Made by a program: the position numbers and the translations under genes | Part shown: piece by piece, positions 1 through 13,082 of the stretch | Position numbering within the stretch: position 1 is the first letter of the stretch | Layout of the letters: each line of letters starts with the position of its first letter | Notes under the pieces: model-generated | What the model was told of the DNA's origin: nothing | Seen by the model: only the letters and a program-made list of their open reading frames with translations | The model's database searches: none | From: Vicugna vicugna | Lineage: Eukaryota | Assembly (NCBI GenBank): GCA_013265495.1 | Contig: MU058824.1 | Location: 310,001 to 374,000 of the forward strand | DNA: 64,000 bases | Direction: 5' to 3'

Positions 1-575
1 TCAATCTGCCACTAGTGTTAGGGACCAGAAGGCCATAAGGTAGGTAAGGTCTTTATAAACTTTAAAACAGTATTTAAATATAAATAGCATGTTGTAAATT
101 CAAGAAGAACTTTTACAAATTTCACTATATATTCTAAAATGCCTTTCATGACTGCTTTCTCCAATAGAAAAAAATCTTCTGTGCCACAGAACCACACAAC
201 AGTAGAGATGAACTGAATCTGAGGTTTAGTTTAACACCTTCATTTCATAAATGAATACAGACCCAGAAAGATAAGTAACTTGCTGAAGGTTATATAACTT
301 CCAGAATCTAGACTGAAACTAAGATCACATGACTCTCTCTTCAGTAATCCTTCCATAATTCATCTCTCAATTATTGAACATGTATGTCTCGTATAGAATG
401 AAACTGCTTCTAAATCAACATGCAAATAACATGTATTTTTAGCAAGCTTGATCATTTTTTCTATAATTATTAATATGTCATATCTTTCACTTAATATATA
501 AGCAGGATTATCAAACTATGATTTATGAAAGTGTGGCCCAAATTACGCCTTTACTTACAAATAGGATAAAGAGAT

Positions 576-748
576 GGGGGAGGGTATAGCTCAGTGGTAG
601 AGTGCCTGCCTAGCATGTACAAGGTCCTGGGTTCAATCCCCAGTATCTACATTAAAAAAGATAAATAAATTAAAGAACTTAATTACATCCTCACCACTAC
701 CCCCAATTTTTTTTAAATTTTATATATTAAATTTAAAAAATTTTTTAA
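576..748 (+). mobile_element. tRNA-derived SINE, Vic-1-like (camelid)
   Basis: gggggagggtatagctcagtggtagagtg (A box) ... gggttcaatcccc (B box), AT-rich tail, degenerate TSD aaataggataaa/aagtaggacaaa. Confidence 0.9.
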
Positions 749-2419
749 GAAGTAGGACAAAAATAAATAGCATGAGCTATTTATTTTATTTAGAATGCTG
801 AGCTGGGAATCAGAAGACCTGTGTGACCCTGGGCATTCTCTTCACTTCTCTGAGATTCTGTTTCCTCATCTGTAAAAGGTGAAAGGAAGGAGAGGAGAAC
901 TAGATCTCTCAGGCTGCTTGTGGATGGGAAATTGCATTTCAAGTATTTTAAATATTTTTATTATGAGAAACTTCAAGCACACACAAAAGCAGAGAGAACA
1001 GCATCATAACACTTTATATACTCATTACCCAAATTTAATAATTAGCAAAACTTTTGCCACACTTCCTTCATCCACCCCCTCCCTTTTTACTTTTGCTGAA
1101 GTATTTTAAAGCAGAATCCCGGAACCCCTATCATTTACTCTCTCTGCATTTTAGATTCATCTATAAATAATGTGACATAACCACAATGTCACTGTATTAA
1201 CAAAATTAATGGGAATTCCTTAGTAAGATCTAATGACCACTCTAAATACAAATTTTTCCCAATTTTCTCAAAAATGTCTTTTTTTTTAAACAATTGGTTT
1301 ATTCAAATTACAATTGTGGATTTGAACTGGGAGACACAATCCAAATACCTAGCAAGGTTTTAAGACTGAAGTCTGACACACCTCAGGTTTAAGCAACTGA
1401 CCATGCTGTGATTATTACTACCGAATCTTTCTTCACCCCAAATTCGATTCAAGTGCTGTGAATATTCCCATCAATGTCAGAGTGTGGCTGTCAGTTAGTT
1501 ATTGACTGAAAGCCAGCAGTAGTTGGCAAAAATTATGTCCATACAGTGCACATCAAGTGGTTTGTGTCAACGCATGAGAAGTAAAAATTAGCGCTACATT
1601 GATGGTAACCAGTCAAGAAACAATGTAGATAAAGACAAGAGATAAGAGACAAGTGCACCTGCCACGTGGGAATGGTCTGATGGAATGAGGAGAATGCCTA
1701 AACTGGAATGTCAATAAGCATACAAGGCAGTGCCAAGTCCTGACACTTGTACATCAGGCACATTGCTGATGGAACATTAAAGGAGACTGGAATATTATCA
1801 CAGTCTCTTTTCATCGGCAGACCAGCAAGTGCAGGTAGGAGGCTTTTTCCTTAGGTCTTTCGGTCTGTAGTAAATATATGTTTACTCCAGGAGGCAGTAA
1901 ACACCTTAATTTATACGCTTACTCAGGTAGGTCTGAAGTTCAAAGCTTAGTATATAAATGGGAATTGAATTACAAAAAAAATTTTTAATTTTTTCCTAAA
2001 AAACAGCAGTCAGGCAATAACACCATTATAGAATGAATCCTTTACAGGGGTAAATTGTCACTAATTCTTAGGATTCTTAATCACTCTCTTTTGTTTGTTT
2101 GTTTTTTAGGGCTTCAAAGGGAGAAACCTTCGGCACCCTGACATACCTGCTTTAATGTCAAAACTGCAGCCCTGAGAATTTTGCTTGGCCTTTCAGTTTC
2201 CTTAAATGTCTAAATGCCTTATCTTCAAGTCTTTTGTTTTGAAATTGTCATTTGACTATAACAGAGAGAGTCAGTTCTCTATATAGTCACTTACAAAGTA
2301 AGACCTACTAATCTGCTTTATCTAAATCTGCATGTGGTCTAAGAATTCTAGAAGTTTCTAGGTATGCAGACATGCAGCAGGGCGATGCTGCTGGGAGCCT
2401 GTAAACACCGATTTGACAA

Positions 2420-3340
2420 GGCAACAGTTACTTACTGAGCATCTACTTCATAAAAAGCACTGCGAGCAATACAGAGACGACCATGATTTCAGGAGATCTC
2501 TGCTAACAGGGAAGACAGATTACATAAAATTGTTATAAAGTGAAACATGCTAAGTGCTATAAAAATTCACAGTGTAGGGACAGTATTTGGGACACATGAC
2601 TGTGGGATCAGGACAATCTTCTTAGGTGAGACTGTGTTTGAATCGAGGAATGACATGATTAACAGTTACATTAGCAATATGATTTAGAAAGGCTACTTTG
2701 GAAGCCAATGAATTGAATGAAGGAAAGATCAAAGGAAGGAAAACAAGTGAGGAGACGTTGCGACAGTCCCAGAAAGAGTGAAAGAGGGTACGATTTAGAT
2801 AGCTGTGCTGGAAATGAAGAGGAGGTGCAAGTGTGAACCGAACAGAGGTAGTGAGGCTGAAATGGAGACTGAGAGCCTTCCAGCACCCAGGTGACTGCTG
2901 AAGCCTTGGTGCTCAGTCGGATCACTAAAGGAGACAAGCTGAGAGAAGGGACCCAGTCCGTGAAGAATGTTTATATTTAAAAAATTTAAAAATGCAAGAG
3001 GAACCAAAAGAGATGGAGGAGGCACAGACACAATTAGAAGAGACTCAGGAAAATATACTGTCACAGAAGCTTTGAGAAGATCCAGTGTCAATAAGGTAAA
3101 GAAGAGGAGTCAACAGAACCAGGAGATGCACAAAGGCCAACGACAGTGGGCAGAGAAGACATCAGATGATTCACCAACTAGGAGTTTGCCAGTGACCATT
3201 CACACGCAGATCTCAGTCTAAACATGAGGATGACAGCGGGGCTGCAAAGGCATGAATAGTGAGTGTGAGGAAATAGAGGCAGAGAGGCGGTGTGAGAGAA
3301 AGAAGCCTTTACAGGCAAAGAAGGCAAACTGCAGAAAAAA
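2420..3340. mobile_element. L2 LINE remnant
   Basis: ttactgagcatctac..purine-rich L2-like tract. Similar remnants at about 7800-8510, 55510-56460, 58230-58990 and 62660-63100. Confidence 0.6.
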
Positions 3341-4232
3341 GAGAACAGAAAAAAACAGATGGAGGGTATAACTAATGGGGAGGGGTTCTGAAAGAAGGGG
3401 AAAAGATGACAGGGTTGGTCCCATGTTTCCTCAGACAGTGGGGCCTAGAGCAAGTCCCTCCTTCCCTACAGTTTCTCACCTTCTGACAGAAAGAAAGAAC
3501 TGGGTGGCAAAGAGGGTGGGGACGGTGTCAGAGCAGGGGCTGTTTTAATCAGAGCATCCAGGACCAATGAAAACTACAGACCTGGGCTGGGACGGAGGTG
3601 GGGGGGACTCAGGTACTGAAATCTGATTACCATCTTAGCTGTTACCTACAAATTACTGGACTCTTCCTAGATCTAAGACAACCACGAATCTCTCCTGCTT
3701 AGACTTCACAATGTGTCTAGTCTTTTTTATTGGGCTCAGGCCCTTGGACAACAACCCTGGCTAACTCTGTGGATCCCACACTATTCAAGTAATCTGTATT
3801 TAGACTAAAATTCCTAACTTTTGTCTTAAGACACTCCTTATTTTTTCATGCTATACAGTGGCACCTCTGTTCACTAATTGATAAAATCCTCTTTATCAAG
3901 AGAAACTTCTTGAATATATAACACATTCTGCTGGCCTACTTAAATTCCTAGTCCTGGTCAGTCAGGACTCCCCTGACTTTATGCTAGCCTCAAGTCAGAA
4001 GAAGGCCTAAATTTCCTCACCTATAAAATGTCAGCTTTCCTTCAGAAATGTCTAAAGTTCTGAATAGCTTTAAGAGCCCATGATTCTAAATCAACACTGC
4101 GTGGAATGTTTGTTCTTTTCTTCTGGTTCAGGATGTCTTAGGGTAGTGTTTCCTTGTGAGTATACTTATTTCTAAACCAGCCTCTAAACTTGTGAGATGA
4201 ACAACAATACACTATTTTTATCAACAGCTTAC

Positions 4233-4339
4233 CGCTCTTCATTGTTTTCCATTTGATTAGGGAAAGCAGCAAAGTCTAGTAGTAATTTAATGGCGTCAAG
4301 GTATCCATTGTTACAGGACCAGTGCAAAGCTGTCCTTCC
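4233..4339 (-). CDS. INVS: Inversin coding exon (human exon 11), 107 nt, GRTALHWSCNNGYLDAIKLLLDFAAFPNQMENNEE(R); includes the RxxL D-box-like RTALHWSCN
   Basis: Translated by hand. Acceptor ttgtag|GGA, donor GCG|gtaag. Phase 0-2. I did not find the next exon in 1-4232. Confidence 0.97.
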
Positions 4340-5168
4340 CTACAAGCATAAACAAAAACCAAGCACATTTGGAGTAGGTATTTTTGGACACATAGTTATT
4401 TATGCTAACTCAAATATATAAGCATTTCCCCCAAATTGCTTAATTAGAAAAAGGGAAAATATTAAGTATACAGTGGAGAAAATAGACTGTATCTTAAATA
4501 AGTGATCAAAATCTTCTATGTTAATAGGCATAATATGATCCCAGAGGTGACAGCATGAGAAGGATTCAACATCACTTCTATAATTTTCCAACCCAAAATA
4601 TAAAACTTGAATATAATTATGAGGAATCATTAGGCAAACCCAGATTGAGTGAAATTCTAGAAAATAAATGGCCTGTATTCTTAAAAAATTTCAATGTCAT
4701 TAAAGATAAAAAAGGCATGAAGCACTGCTAGAGATAAAAGTGGTTTCATAGGGTTAAAGGAGCCAAAGAGGAAGATATCACAATCCTAGATCTATATGCA
4801 CCTGATGGCATAGCTTCCAAATACAGAGGATGAAAACTGACTAAATTAAAACGGGAGATAGTCAAATCCATAATCACAGTGGGAGATTTTAAACTCATCT
4901 TTTACAACAGTTGATAGAACAAATAGATAAAAGAGTGGTAAAGATACAGAAGGCGTGAACAACACAATGTAAAATTTGAACTAAGTGATATGTATATAAA
5001 ACGTTGTATGGAACAAAGACAAAATTAGTACTCTTCTTAAGTGTACATAGAACATGGACCAAAATCAACCATATGCTGGGACATAAAGAAAGCCTCAAAA
5101 GAATGTGAAAGATTAAAATAATTCAGAGTATGTTTTTTGACCGCAGTAAAATTTAAGCTACAAATCAG

Positions 5169-5520
5169 TGTGGTAGGCAGAATAAGGCACCCCCTCACAA
5201 AGATATCTACATCCTAATCTCTGGAATCTCTAACTATATAATATTATATGAAAAGGGAGAATTAAGGTTGAAGATGTAATTAAGGTTGCTAACAAGCTGA
5301 CCTTGAATTGCAGAGATTATCCTGCATTATCCAGATAGGCCCAATGTAATCACAGGGGTCCTTGTTAGTGAAAAATGGAGGCAGAAGGGTGAATGTCAGA
5401 GTGACACAGTGTGAGAAGACTTGGCCAGTCATTGCTAGCTTTGAAGATGGAGGAATGAGGGAAGCTTCTAAAAGCTGGAAAAGTCAAGGGAACAGATTCT
5501 TCCCTAGAACCTCCAAAGTT
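5169..5520. mobile_element. MaLR LTR fragment (MLT1C/D-like), following an L1 ORF2 fragment (~4740-5168)
   Basis: tgtggtaggcagaataa..aaagatatctacatcctaatctctggaa..gagattatcctg..ggcccaatgtaatcacaggggtcctt. Confidence 0.8.
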
Positions 5521-6090
5521 GAGGATGCAGTAATAGTTTGGACCCTGACTGCCCCCAACACTCCAGCACTGTTGTCGTCTTAGGGTAACTATTTAAGCTC
5601 CATGAGCATCAGTTTCCTCATCTGTAAAATGGGGATGATAATAGTAATTACTTTATAGACTTGCTGTAAGGACAGAATGAGTTATTAAGCAGAAAGCTCT
5701 TAGAACTTTTCAATATTAAGCCTCATGATTATGAAAAAGATTACATATCAAATGAAAAAATAATGGTGATAATTTTAAATGAACAAAACAAAATGTGGTT
5801 TGTAAAATCATATATATATTTATATACATATATACAAATGCTATGAATACAGATTTTATAAAAGTTATAAAATTATTCCCATTCTATATTATGACTTTTT
5901 AAAATTACATATGGATCTAGAGGCAAGGACTAGAAGGGAACATGGACAAATAAAAATCATTTTTAATTAACAGATTTGTGAGTGATCTCTTCATTTGATA
6001 AACTGTTGTTTTACTTAATTTTACTTAACAAGGAAGCAATACTCTAAACACTTTACAGCAAAAAATATAGAGAAGACCCAGAATTTCTAC

Positions 6091-6320
6091 CTCTTTGTCT
6101 TGGATGTTAGGATCTGCGTTGTTTTCCATGAGCACCGCCATGCAGTTGATATACCCTCCATAGGCAGCACACTGCAACGGGGTTCTTCCCGCGTAATCCT
6201 GCACATTCGGGTTGATCTTATTTTCTATCAATATCTGGCAAACATCAGCATTTCCTCCAAGTGCTGCCCAATGCAGAAGAGAATGTCCATCTTGGTCAAC
6301 TAGATCTACCCTTGCTCCAC
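6091..6320 (-). CDS. INVS: Inversin coding exon (human exon 10), 230 nt, (G)GARVDLVDQDGHSLLHWAALGG...NADPNIQDKE
   Basis: Lies within ORF 6025..6372. Acceptor ttttcag|GT, donor GAG|gtagaa. Phase 1-0. Confidence 0.98.
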
Positions 6321-6701
6321 CTGAAAAAGCAGAAGTATAATGGAAACGTCTAACAAAGAGAGCAAGTCTCAAAAAGAAGAGACTTTAAAAAATAGAACAG
6401 TCCTTTAAATGCAACTGCCTCAGTGTATATCATCTACTTCAGATTTTTACAAGTCTGTAAGTTGGTCAGGGTAGGGATCCTTTTCCTTTTACATAAAATG
6501 AAATTGAGGATCAGGCAGGAGCAATGACTTTCCCCAAATCAAACAACTACCAACAGGTGGAGCTAGGAGCAGACCTGATGCCATGTGCTCTTTCTCCTTC
6601 CTTCCACCCAGGCGGTGATGTAAAGCTGTTATTTCAGAGGGCGAACGCAAGAAATCCTACCTTTTTAAAGTGCCTTATTAGGAGCACTCCTAATAACTAA
6701 C

Positions 6702-6857
6702 CTTTAATGAGGGTCTGAATCACATCTTTGTGTCCCATCTCACAGGCTCGGAAAAGTGGAGTATGTTTCATGACATCAGTAGCATCGACTTGAGCGTTAT
6801 TTTCCAATAATAACTTCACGGTGCTGACATGGCCGGAAAGGGCAGCAGCATGTAAAG
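6702..6857 (-). CDS. INVS: Inversin coding exon (human exon 9), 156 nt, (A)LHAAALSGHVSTVKLLLENNAQVDATDVMKHTPLFRACEMGHKDVIQTLIK(G)
   Basis: Translated by hand. Acceptor tttgtag|CT, donor AAAG|gttagt. Phase 1-1. Confidence 0.97.
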
Positions 6858-8589
6858 CTACAAAGGAAGCAAAAGAAAGAACTCTTTAATAACAACTTTA
6901 CCCTTTTATTATCCTAACTACATATGTTTTCCTCTTTTTATTTTCCCATCATTTTGGCTAAGTGCAATTTAGTCTTCAGTATTCTCTATTTTTCACTTTT
7001 ATAGATTTCCATCTTCCTTTCCATTCACACATATTACTCACACTTTCCCCCTTTCCTTCTACCTGTCTCATCTCACTGTTTTCTTCCTTTCCATCCTGTT
7101 GGTCTGAAATCTCAGTTACTCTTGGTCTGTTGGTCCTCTTCTCAATGACTACTTTATTATCTTTTCCTCTTTCTAAGAGAGTAAGAGAACAATGACAAAG
7201 AGAAATGATTTGGATGATGCAGGCAATTCTGCCCACCAGCCCACTCAATTAGTTTACGCCCCAAAGAGGTTGTGTAATGGGAGGCGTCAATCTACTGTTC
7301 CTTCTGTTGGTCGCCCGTGCTGTTCCTGCGGTTGGTCTGTGTACCCACATGGTACTGAGAGTGGGCGTATCTTACTGCATTGACAGCATGTTTCATACAA
7401 CATGGCTCTAAATGCAAGTCAGCTATGTCCCTGAGGCCCAACTTAAAAAACATCATTTCAACATTGGAGAAAAATTTGAGATGAAATGTGGTCTCCTCTC
7501 TGATACGGGGTTTGAAAGAGGAATTTTGACCATATGTGAGTATCATGTTAAACTGATCCCTGCCTATATTGTTCCACTCTAGTGCTTATGTCATCATTCT
7601 TTAGACTGCTCTTTAAATTCTATTTAATTCATCACTCTCTAAATGCTGCTGAATTTTTTCAGGATAACTGTCTAGAAGCCTGGGCCAGCTCTCTCCAAAT
7701 ATTATGGCTCTATACTGCCTAGGACGATGTTTCTCTCATAAAGTGTGATCCATGGACCAAACCTGGAATGCCTACAGAAATGCAGATTCCTGAGGGTTTG
7801 TTGAGAAGCTATTGTTGGCTGGGTACTAATGTTGGTAATTCAGCAGGGAACAAAATAGCTAAGGTTATATTCTAGTAGAAGAAGCAAAACAAAGCAAAAC
7901 ACAAAATCAATACATATTTAAGTATTAGATGGTGATGGGTGGTATAATTAAAGAAATAAAAAAATTTTTGATATGTAGATTGACCAGAAGACTACTTTTG
8001 ATTGGTGGTTAGGTGTAAGCATTGCTACAGAGATGACATTTATGTTGAGATTAAATCATAAAAAAGAGACAGCAATGCAAAGACCTCAAGGAAAGTAGTC
8101 TGGACAAAGAACAATTAGTACAAGGGTAGGAGTGAATCTATGTGTTTCAGGAAGTCAAGGAAGCTGCAGCACAATGAGTGAGAGGGAGAGAATTCAGAAA
8201 GGTAGAAAAGGATGGACCATAAATGGCCACACAGGTCAGAGGGATGGAAGACACTGAAGGGCTTCATGTAGGTGAGTGATACTTGACTGATGCTTTAAAC
8301 AGACCACTCTAGCTGCTTTGAAGAGAATGAATGCATTGTGGTAAATCAGAATATAAGCAGGAGGTCAGTTAACATTATTGCAGTAGACTGGGTGAAAATG
8401 GAGATGGCCTGACCTAGGGCGGCAGGAGTGGAGATGGAGAGAATCAGAAAGATTTAGAATACATTGTGGAGGTGGAGTCAACAGGACTTGTTGACAGGAT
8501 TTGATGTAGGACCTCTAGATAGTCTAGGAACACCCCTAGTAATTCTTATGCATACTTGAGTTTGAAAAGCCTGACTTAAATGGCTGAGT

Positions 8590-8850
8590 GCTAGTCTGGC
8601 CTAGATAAGATTCAGATGGGTGTGAGAGACTTCACCTATCTGAAGCGTGTCATGTGGAAGAGAACATAGAGTGGATCATTCAGTTTGACAGATTTTGGCT
8701 CAGTATAAGGAAGAACATCCTAATGGAAAGAGATTAAGATGGAAGTAATGGGTTCTCTGTATTGGAGCTGTTCAACCAGAGGCTGAAAGACACTGGTGAG
8801 ATGTTTCTGGTGAAAAATATTGGTGAGAATGTTGTAAAACAGATTAAGGC
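8590..8850 (+). mobile_element. CR1/L3 LINE 3' fragment
   Basis: tgtcatgtggaagag..cagattttggctcagtataaggaagaac..ttggagctgttcaaccagaggctg. Confidence 0.7.
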
Positions 8851-9621
8851 ATGATGTATCTGTGATAGTTCAGTAATTTTCACATTTTAAGAGCATAAGA
8901 ATGTTTTTTCCCTCCCAAATGAAATTTGATAAACACCCAGTATATAAAATAGTTAAGAGTTGAGTGGTTCTGACTAAAGTAGGGGTAGAGGGTTACCCAC
9001 TTAAGCATCCACCCCGTCAGCAACACTTCAGGTACCTCTATAGGAATCTGCTGTTCTGAAGAACATGGTTTGCAAGACTCTGCACTAGATTTAATTTGAA
9101 GATACTTTTTAATTCTGAAATGCTATGATCGTGTAATACAGCATCAAGTACACAATAGACTCCTCAGATAAATATCAATGTCAAATTAAAAAAAAAGACA
9201 AAATTTCAAATAAGCAAAACTTAGAATTAATGATCTTATTAAAGGAAATTCCCTATTTCTGACTATTATCATTTACTTTATTTTAAAGCAATCTTAGACT
9301 TAACTGTTGTTGCTCTCTCTTTGAATAGGTACCACAAGTTTATATAGGAGCTTTAAAAATTATTTTTAATAGCTATGTTACAAAAATTTTCAAACATATT
9401 CAAAAGTAAAGGCAATAGTCCAGTGAACTCAACAAAGCCATCATGCAGCTTCAACAATTACCAATGCATGGCTAATCTTGTTTCATCTAACTGCTAGCCA
9501 TTCCCCCCACTTCTGATTTTTTTAAAGAAAATTCTAGAGTCATATCCTTCCATTTGTGAATTTGTGAATATTTTATTAACTATGTCTGAAAGACAAGGAT
9601 TCTTTTTTAAAAACACAACGC

Positions 9622-10170
9622 TGTATCAGTCAGAATCCAACCAGGAGACAGAAACCATATTCACTCTAGATAGTTTAACAGAGAGAATTCAATATAAAGA
9701 ATTGCTAGCTAGGTATTAAAGAACTGAAAAAGCAAAAAGGGAGCACTAAGGTATCACAGAGGCAGTAAACGCAGAAAACAGCTAGCAATTCTAAGATTAA
9801 GGAACAAAAGGAAGAAGGTGGAATTTTAAAACCTTAAAAGCTTAGAAGAGGCGCCCTGCAGGGCTCTTGCTGGGGTCTCTGAGGAAGATGCTCTTTGGCT
9901 GGTACTGTGAGTGTTGGAAAACCTGCAAAGTGAAATTAACTGTTGCCACTGGAACAAGCTATCACTCTTCTGTTGAATAAGATTTACCAGGGTAATGCTC
10001 ACAGGAACAGGAAACAAAGACAAGAATAGGAAGCAAACAAGATGCAATCGCCTGTTTCTCTTCAGCTTCCCAGTCTCTCTCTACTGCCCTCTATGGGTGA
10101 CTCCCCTGCTGACAAAGGGGGAATGTGGTTAGCGGAACCCCAGCCCCAGGAATGCAAACAAAGGATAGTC
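9622..10170. mobile_element. Old LTR (LTR78/79-like) interrupting an L1 3' remnant
   Basis: tgtatcagtcagaatccaaccaggagacagaaacca..aacagagagaattcaatataaagaattg. L1-like sequence on both sides resembles 930-1300. Confidence 0.55.
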
Positions 10171-11033
10171 CCATTTTCATACCTAACAAATATTAACAAA
10201 AGCTTTGTAAGATCCAATATCCAGAGAGTGTTAACATTTTCCTAATAGCTTTCTAATTTAAAAAGTTGATTTATTTGAATAAAGATCCAAATAATATCCA
10301 TATATTGCTATTTGTAAGAATTCATTTTTAATTAAGGAAAAACAACCCAGTAGAGGGATGAGGGGAGGAACTCACTTGCATAGAAAAGAAACATCAGGAA
10401 GGTGTCTGTGACATATAATAAAATCCCCTTAGGAGAACGAGCCCAGGGAATGAGTGAATGTGAGAAGAATTTATGTCTCAACCCCAACCATGATGCACAA
10501 CTTTAGTCAAGAGAATCCAAGTATCCTAGCCCATACTTCATTAAAATACATAAAATGTTAACGAGCAATGCTAGTGATAAAGTTAAAGACTGCATACTAA
10601 CAGAAGTCTGACAAAAAAATTAAATGTTCAGACCATTTAAAAAAATCAGTGTCCTATGTGTCTGTACTACACCCCATAAGAAGCTTAAGGTCTACTGTGA
10701 AGATATGACAAAGAAATACTTTTGAAAGTTAAAGACTTCATCAAAATTGCTACCACCCAAAAACTCTCTTTAAAAAATTAGAAAGTGTGACGGTCTAAAT
10801 ATAGGGAAGGAGATATTAGGTATAGCAGCTCCCCTACCTTCTATCCCCAAGTGCTGCAACAATAGATTTAGTGGTCAAGAAAGATCTTATCTGGAATAAC
10901 AGGTAGGGGTAAATGGCTTGCTCCACAAATAAAACATAACATTGAGAAGCTCATAGCTGAGATTTTATTCTGTTCAGTGTTATCATGCTGTTGTGTGATT
11001 TTTCTTTCTCTTTCTGACTTTCAATTGGATATA

Positions 11034-11197
11034 CAGGCATTCCTCGGTATCTATGGTGGGTTGGTTCCAGGAGCCCCCACGGATACGAAAATCTGAATTT
11101 GCTCAAGACTCTTATTTAAAATGGTGCAGTACAATGAATACAAGTCAGCCCTCCACACCTGCAGATGTGAAACCCGCAGACAGGGAGGGCTGACTGC
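11034..11197. mobile_element. MER2-like TcMar/Tigger MITE
   Basis: TA-flanked caggcattcctcggtatc..ttggttccagga..ggatacgaaaatc..gctcaag..gagggctgactg. Confidence 0.75.
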
Positions 11198-11851
11198 AGT
11201 ACACAAGGAAGAGACCTCCAAGTTGACAATGAATGTTAAAAGACTTGTACTACTTCTCTCAGTAATCAACACCTGGTTAAAGGGCTCTCTTATTAGAAAA
11301 AGAGATGAAAGGAAATATCTAGTAAGAGCTTTTGAAGTTTTGAAGCTTCTAGAGTCATGGGAGGTATCTCTAAAATGGGAGATTCAGGATGTGGTAATGC
11401 TACTCAAAATTGAGGAAATAGCTTATTATATGAGACTGGCAAGAACATACTTACATGTGTGCATTCCTTAAGATATAATGCTAAATTTTTGAAAAAATAG
11501 TTAATAACTACTAAATATGCAAAGTTTTAGAGTACAGGTTCATGCTTTCTTTTTATGCAAAGATATGATCAGAAGAGTTCCTGCAATCATGTCTAAGGAG
11601 CAACAAGACTTTTTAAACCAAATGTCAAGATTCACTTGGTAGAGACATAGGCTAATTTTAGCCGTAATACTTGGAAGAAATAAAGCCGTTGGAGTGCTAT
11701 CCTGGCAACCTAAACTTAAAAGTGAAGATGAAAGTCAAACAATATTAGATTAAGAACAATGGTATCAACTTACTATTTTACCAATTTGATAGCACGATCT
11801 ACACTTTGGAGCCCGAATGAAAGCAAACTGAATATGTCTACTGGTTCTTAC

Positions 11852-12023
11852 CTGTCCCTCCATATTTGTCTGCCATGTTAATGTCAATGTCAGATTTTAA
11901 AGTCAGCATAGTCCTAAGGACGTCATCACTGCCTTTCCCAGCAGCCCACATAAAGGATGTTCTTCCTTCAAGATCTGAATCATCTTTTACTGAAGGATGT
12001 TTTAAAAACACTTTAACAGTTTC
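11852..12023 (-). CDS. INVS: Inversin coding exon (human exon 8), 172 nt, ETVKVFLKHP...MADKYGGT(A)
   Basis: Lies within ORF 11838..12068. Acceptor ttacag|GAA, donor ACAG|gtaag. Phase 0-1. Confidence 0.98.
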
Positions 12024-12972
12024 CTGTAAGAAAACTTCATTTAAAAATTTGAAACAAGAGAATGGCATTTTCCATGGTAATAAAGCCAGTGTTACATACG
12101 ACTTCCACTAAGCAAAGTATTTTTTCCTCTACTTTTGAATCAAATGAAATTATCTTTTTATGAATAACAAAACTACAATTTCCTTGAAAGTAACAATCCT
12201 CTGTCCTTTTATATTGGTTTTAGTTTTCATAGCACTTCAAAAATATAACCTAACTCCCTCATTTAATATTCTAATAATTGAGAATGATCATCCTCAATTA
12301 AGTTTAAAAACCTAACTTCAGAGAAGGCTAATACATTCTCTCACTGTGAGTTTTGTTACTAGTTTTAAAAATAATTAGTGCATTTATTGAAAGTGACAGG
12401 TGGTTACTGAGAAATGCAGTATTCAATCCATTAAAACAAATATTTAATCAGCAATTCCTACATTCAAGGTCATTTCTCTAAGTAATCATACAAAAATTAG
12501 GACTCTTAATAATTCTTATAGTGTTTGATAATTTTAGTTGGGGTTAATATTCATAGCATTTAAAATTGCATCTTTCCTCAAAACTCAGATGCTTACAAAC
12601 TTTTAGGAAGATCATAGAAAATTTGCTTGAGTGGAAATAAAATAGTTTCAGAAAAAAAATTTCTGGAGGTTGTGAGTTGGTCAAAAAAGGTATAAAATGT
12701 TGATCCTCAATATTTTAGAGCAAGAAAACATTTAAGGGCTCATCTAATCCAGCCCCTCATTTTACAGATGAAATTTAGGCTCAAGGTCATACAAGTATTA
12801 GGAACAGCCGCAGGAGTACAATCCACGGTTAAATCACAGCACTCTTTTTACTCGCAACACACACAACAACTGGATGACAGGTACATGGGGTCTTGTTTTA
12901 TCTCTTACAACTGCATATGAATATCAAAATAAAATTTTAATTAAAGAAAGATAATTGTTGTGATTTACTTAC

Positions 12973-13082
12973 AGCAAAGTTACTCTGAGCTGCATAGTGC
13001 AAGGGTGTTGCTCCTTGGCTGTCAGATGGGATGGTTCCAGACTTATTTCTTTCTAAAAGGAGATGGACAATCTGTGCATGGC
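12973..13082 (-). CDS. INVS: Inversin coding exon (human exon 7), 110 nt, (G)HAQIVHLLLERNKSGTIPSDSQGATPLHYAAQSNFA
   Basis: Translated by hand. Acceptor cttcag|GC, donor GCT|gtaagt. Phase 1-0. Confidence 0.97.

Noticed and set aside
576..650. tRNA-like sequences (also at 15.2k, 15.4k, 26.9k, 40.7k, 47.9k, 55.8k, 59.3k)
   Set aside because: They have AT-rich tails, TSDs and scattered substitutions, so they are SINE copies and not tRNA genes.
6100..6303. Plus-strand ORFs opposite INVS exons (also 11866..12111 and 16198..16422)
   Set aside because: These are the expected stop-poor antisense frames of coding exons, with no independent gene signals.
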